A stretch of 64,000 nucleotides of DNA. It comes from Podarcis muralis (lineage: Eukaryota). A model generated the notes under the pieces. That model ran no database searches, had not been told where the DNA came from, and saw nothing but the letters and a program-made list of their open reading frames with translations. How positions within the stretch are numbered: position 1 is the stretch's first letter; each line of letters begins with the position of its first letter. Both the position numbers and the translations under genes were made by a program. This document shows positions 63,461 through 64,000 of the stretch, in pieces. Location of the stretch: assembly GCF_964188315.1 (NCBI RefSeq), contig NC_135667.1:16430001-16494000 (forward strand), given 5' to 3'.

Positions 63461-63513
63461 CAGATTTACGTACTGGAGGTCAGGTTCAATCAATTGAAGT
63501 ACATAAATATGAG
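59503..63513 (+). CDS. THOC6: THO complex subunit 6 (WD40), partial; continues past the right edge
   Basis: join(59503-59618,59696-59760,61471-61574,61669-61706,61802-61850,61943-62014,62389-62491,63464-63513...). [55 protein letters not shown] and [15 protein letters not shown] closely match recalled THOC6. Confidence 0.96.
60283..60512 (-). mobile_element. Tigger-like MITE family A copy 6 (small deletion inside left TIR)
   Basis: TA-flanked, same body in reverse, inserted in an (AAT)n tract. Confidence 0.8.
63428..63456. repeat. (CT)n serving as polypyrimidine tract of a THOC6 acceptor
   Basis: Read directly; ends just before the CAG acceptor at 63461-63463. Confidence 0.9.
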
Positions 63514-64000
63514 GTAACGTAATCATCATCAACAACATCTATATTTTTAATGTAAGAAGGCATCAAACAATAATCTTAAAGGAAAACAAACAAGAAAAGA
63601 TTAGTCAGTTATAATAAAGCAAAATTAAGTATATGACTGGATATTTTCCTGAGGTTTGTCATCCCAAAACATCATGAATAAACTCTGTTGTTCCATAGAT
63701 TAGGTGGACTGTTGTTATTTATGCATTGTCCTGTAATATGTCAGTTTAGATAATGGAGCTATTATATTCCACGTTTTATGAAACCACTCACATAAATAGT
63801 GGTCTAATTGACCACTATACTGATCTTAGCAGCAATGAAAAAGATTAATAGCCCATTTTCAAATCACCATCCAGGATTAAACCCTTTTAGATAACCTTAT
63901 GAGGTATTGCGGTTTTATCCCATTTCCCTCTGCCCCAGGGAACACCGTGCCTTCCTATCCCTCCCCATTCTTCCATTGTCCATCTATCCAGAAATTTTAA

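Overview
This is a repeat-rich squamate genomic window. Sauria-type SINEs, a Bov-B fragment and TA-flanked Tc1/mariner MITEs point to a lizard, probably a lacertid. It is syntenic with the human 16p13.3 MMP25/BICDL2/THOC6/HCFC1R1 region. I reconstructed these genes by hand from GT-AG exon chains: probable MMP25 coding exon 1 (-, rest left of the window); BICDL2 (+, 9 coding exons, 524 aa); an intact 6-exon RAB35 paralog (+, 202 aa) that I do not recall at the human locus and whose G4 motif reads NKCE instead of NKxD; HCFC1R1/HPIP (-, 5 coding exons, 244 aa, with DHVY HCF-binding motif and an extra acidic exon); and THOC6 (+, 8 coding exons, continuing past the right edge). The most unusual elements are the RAB35 paralog, a perfect 114-bp Penelope-type inverted repeat carrying a minimal hammerhead ribozyme core on each strand inside its intron 2, interlocked poly(A) signals of the Rab gene and HCFC1R1, and an ACTACA-type ZNF143/THAP11/HCF-1 motif in the HCFC1R1-THOC6 bidirectional promoter. 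Most supplied ORFs are noise, exon read-throughs or transposon fragments. All homology calls rest on recalled sequences; no database search was run.
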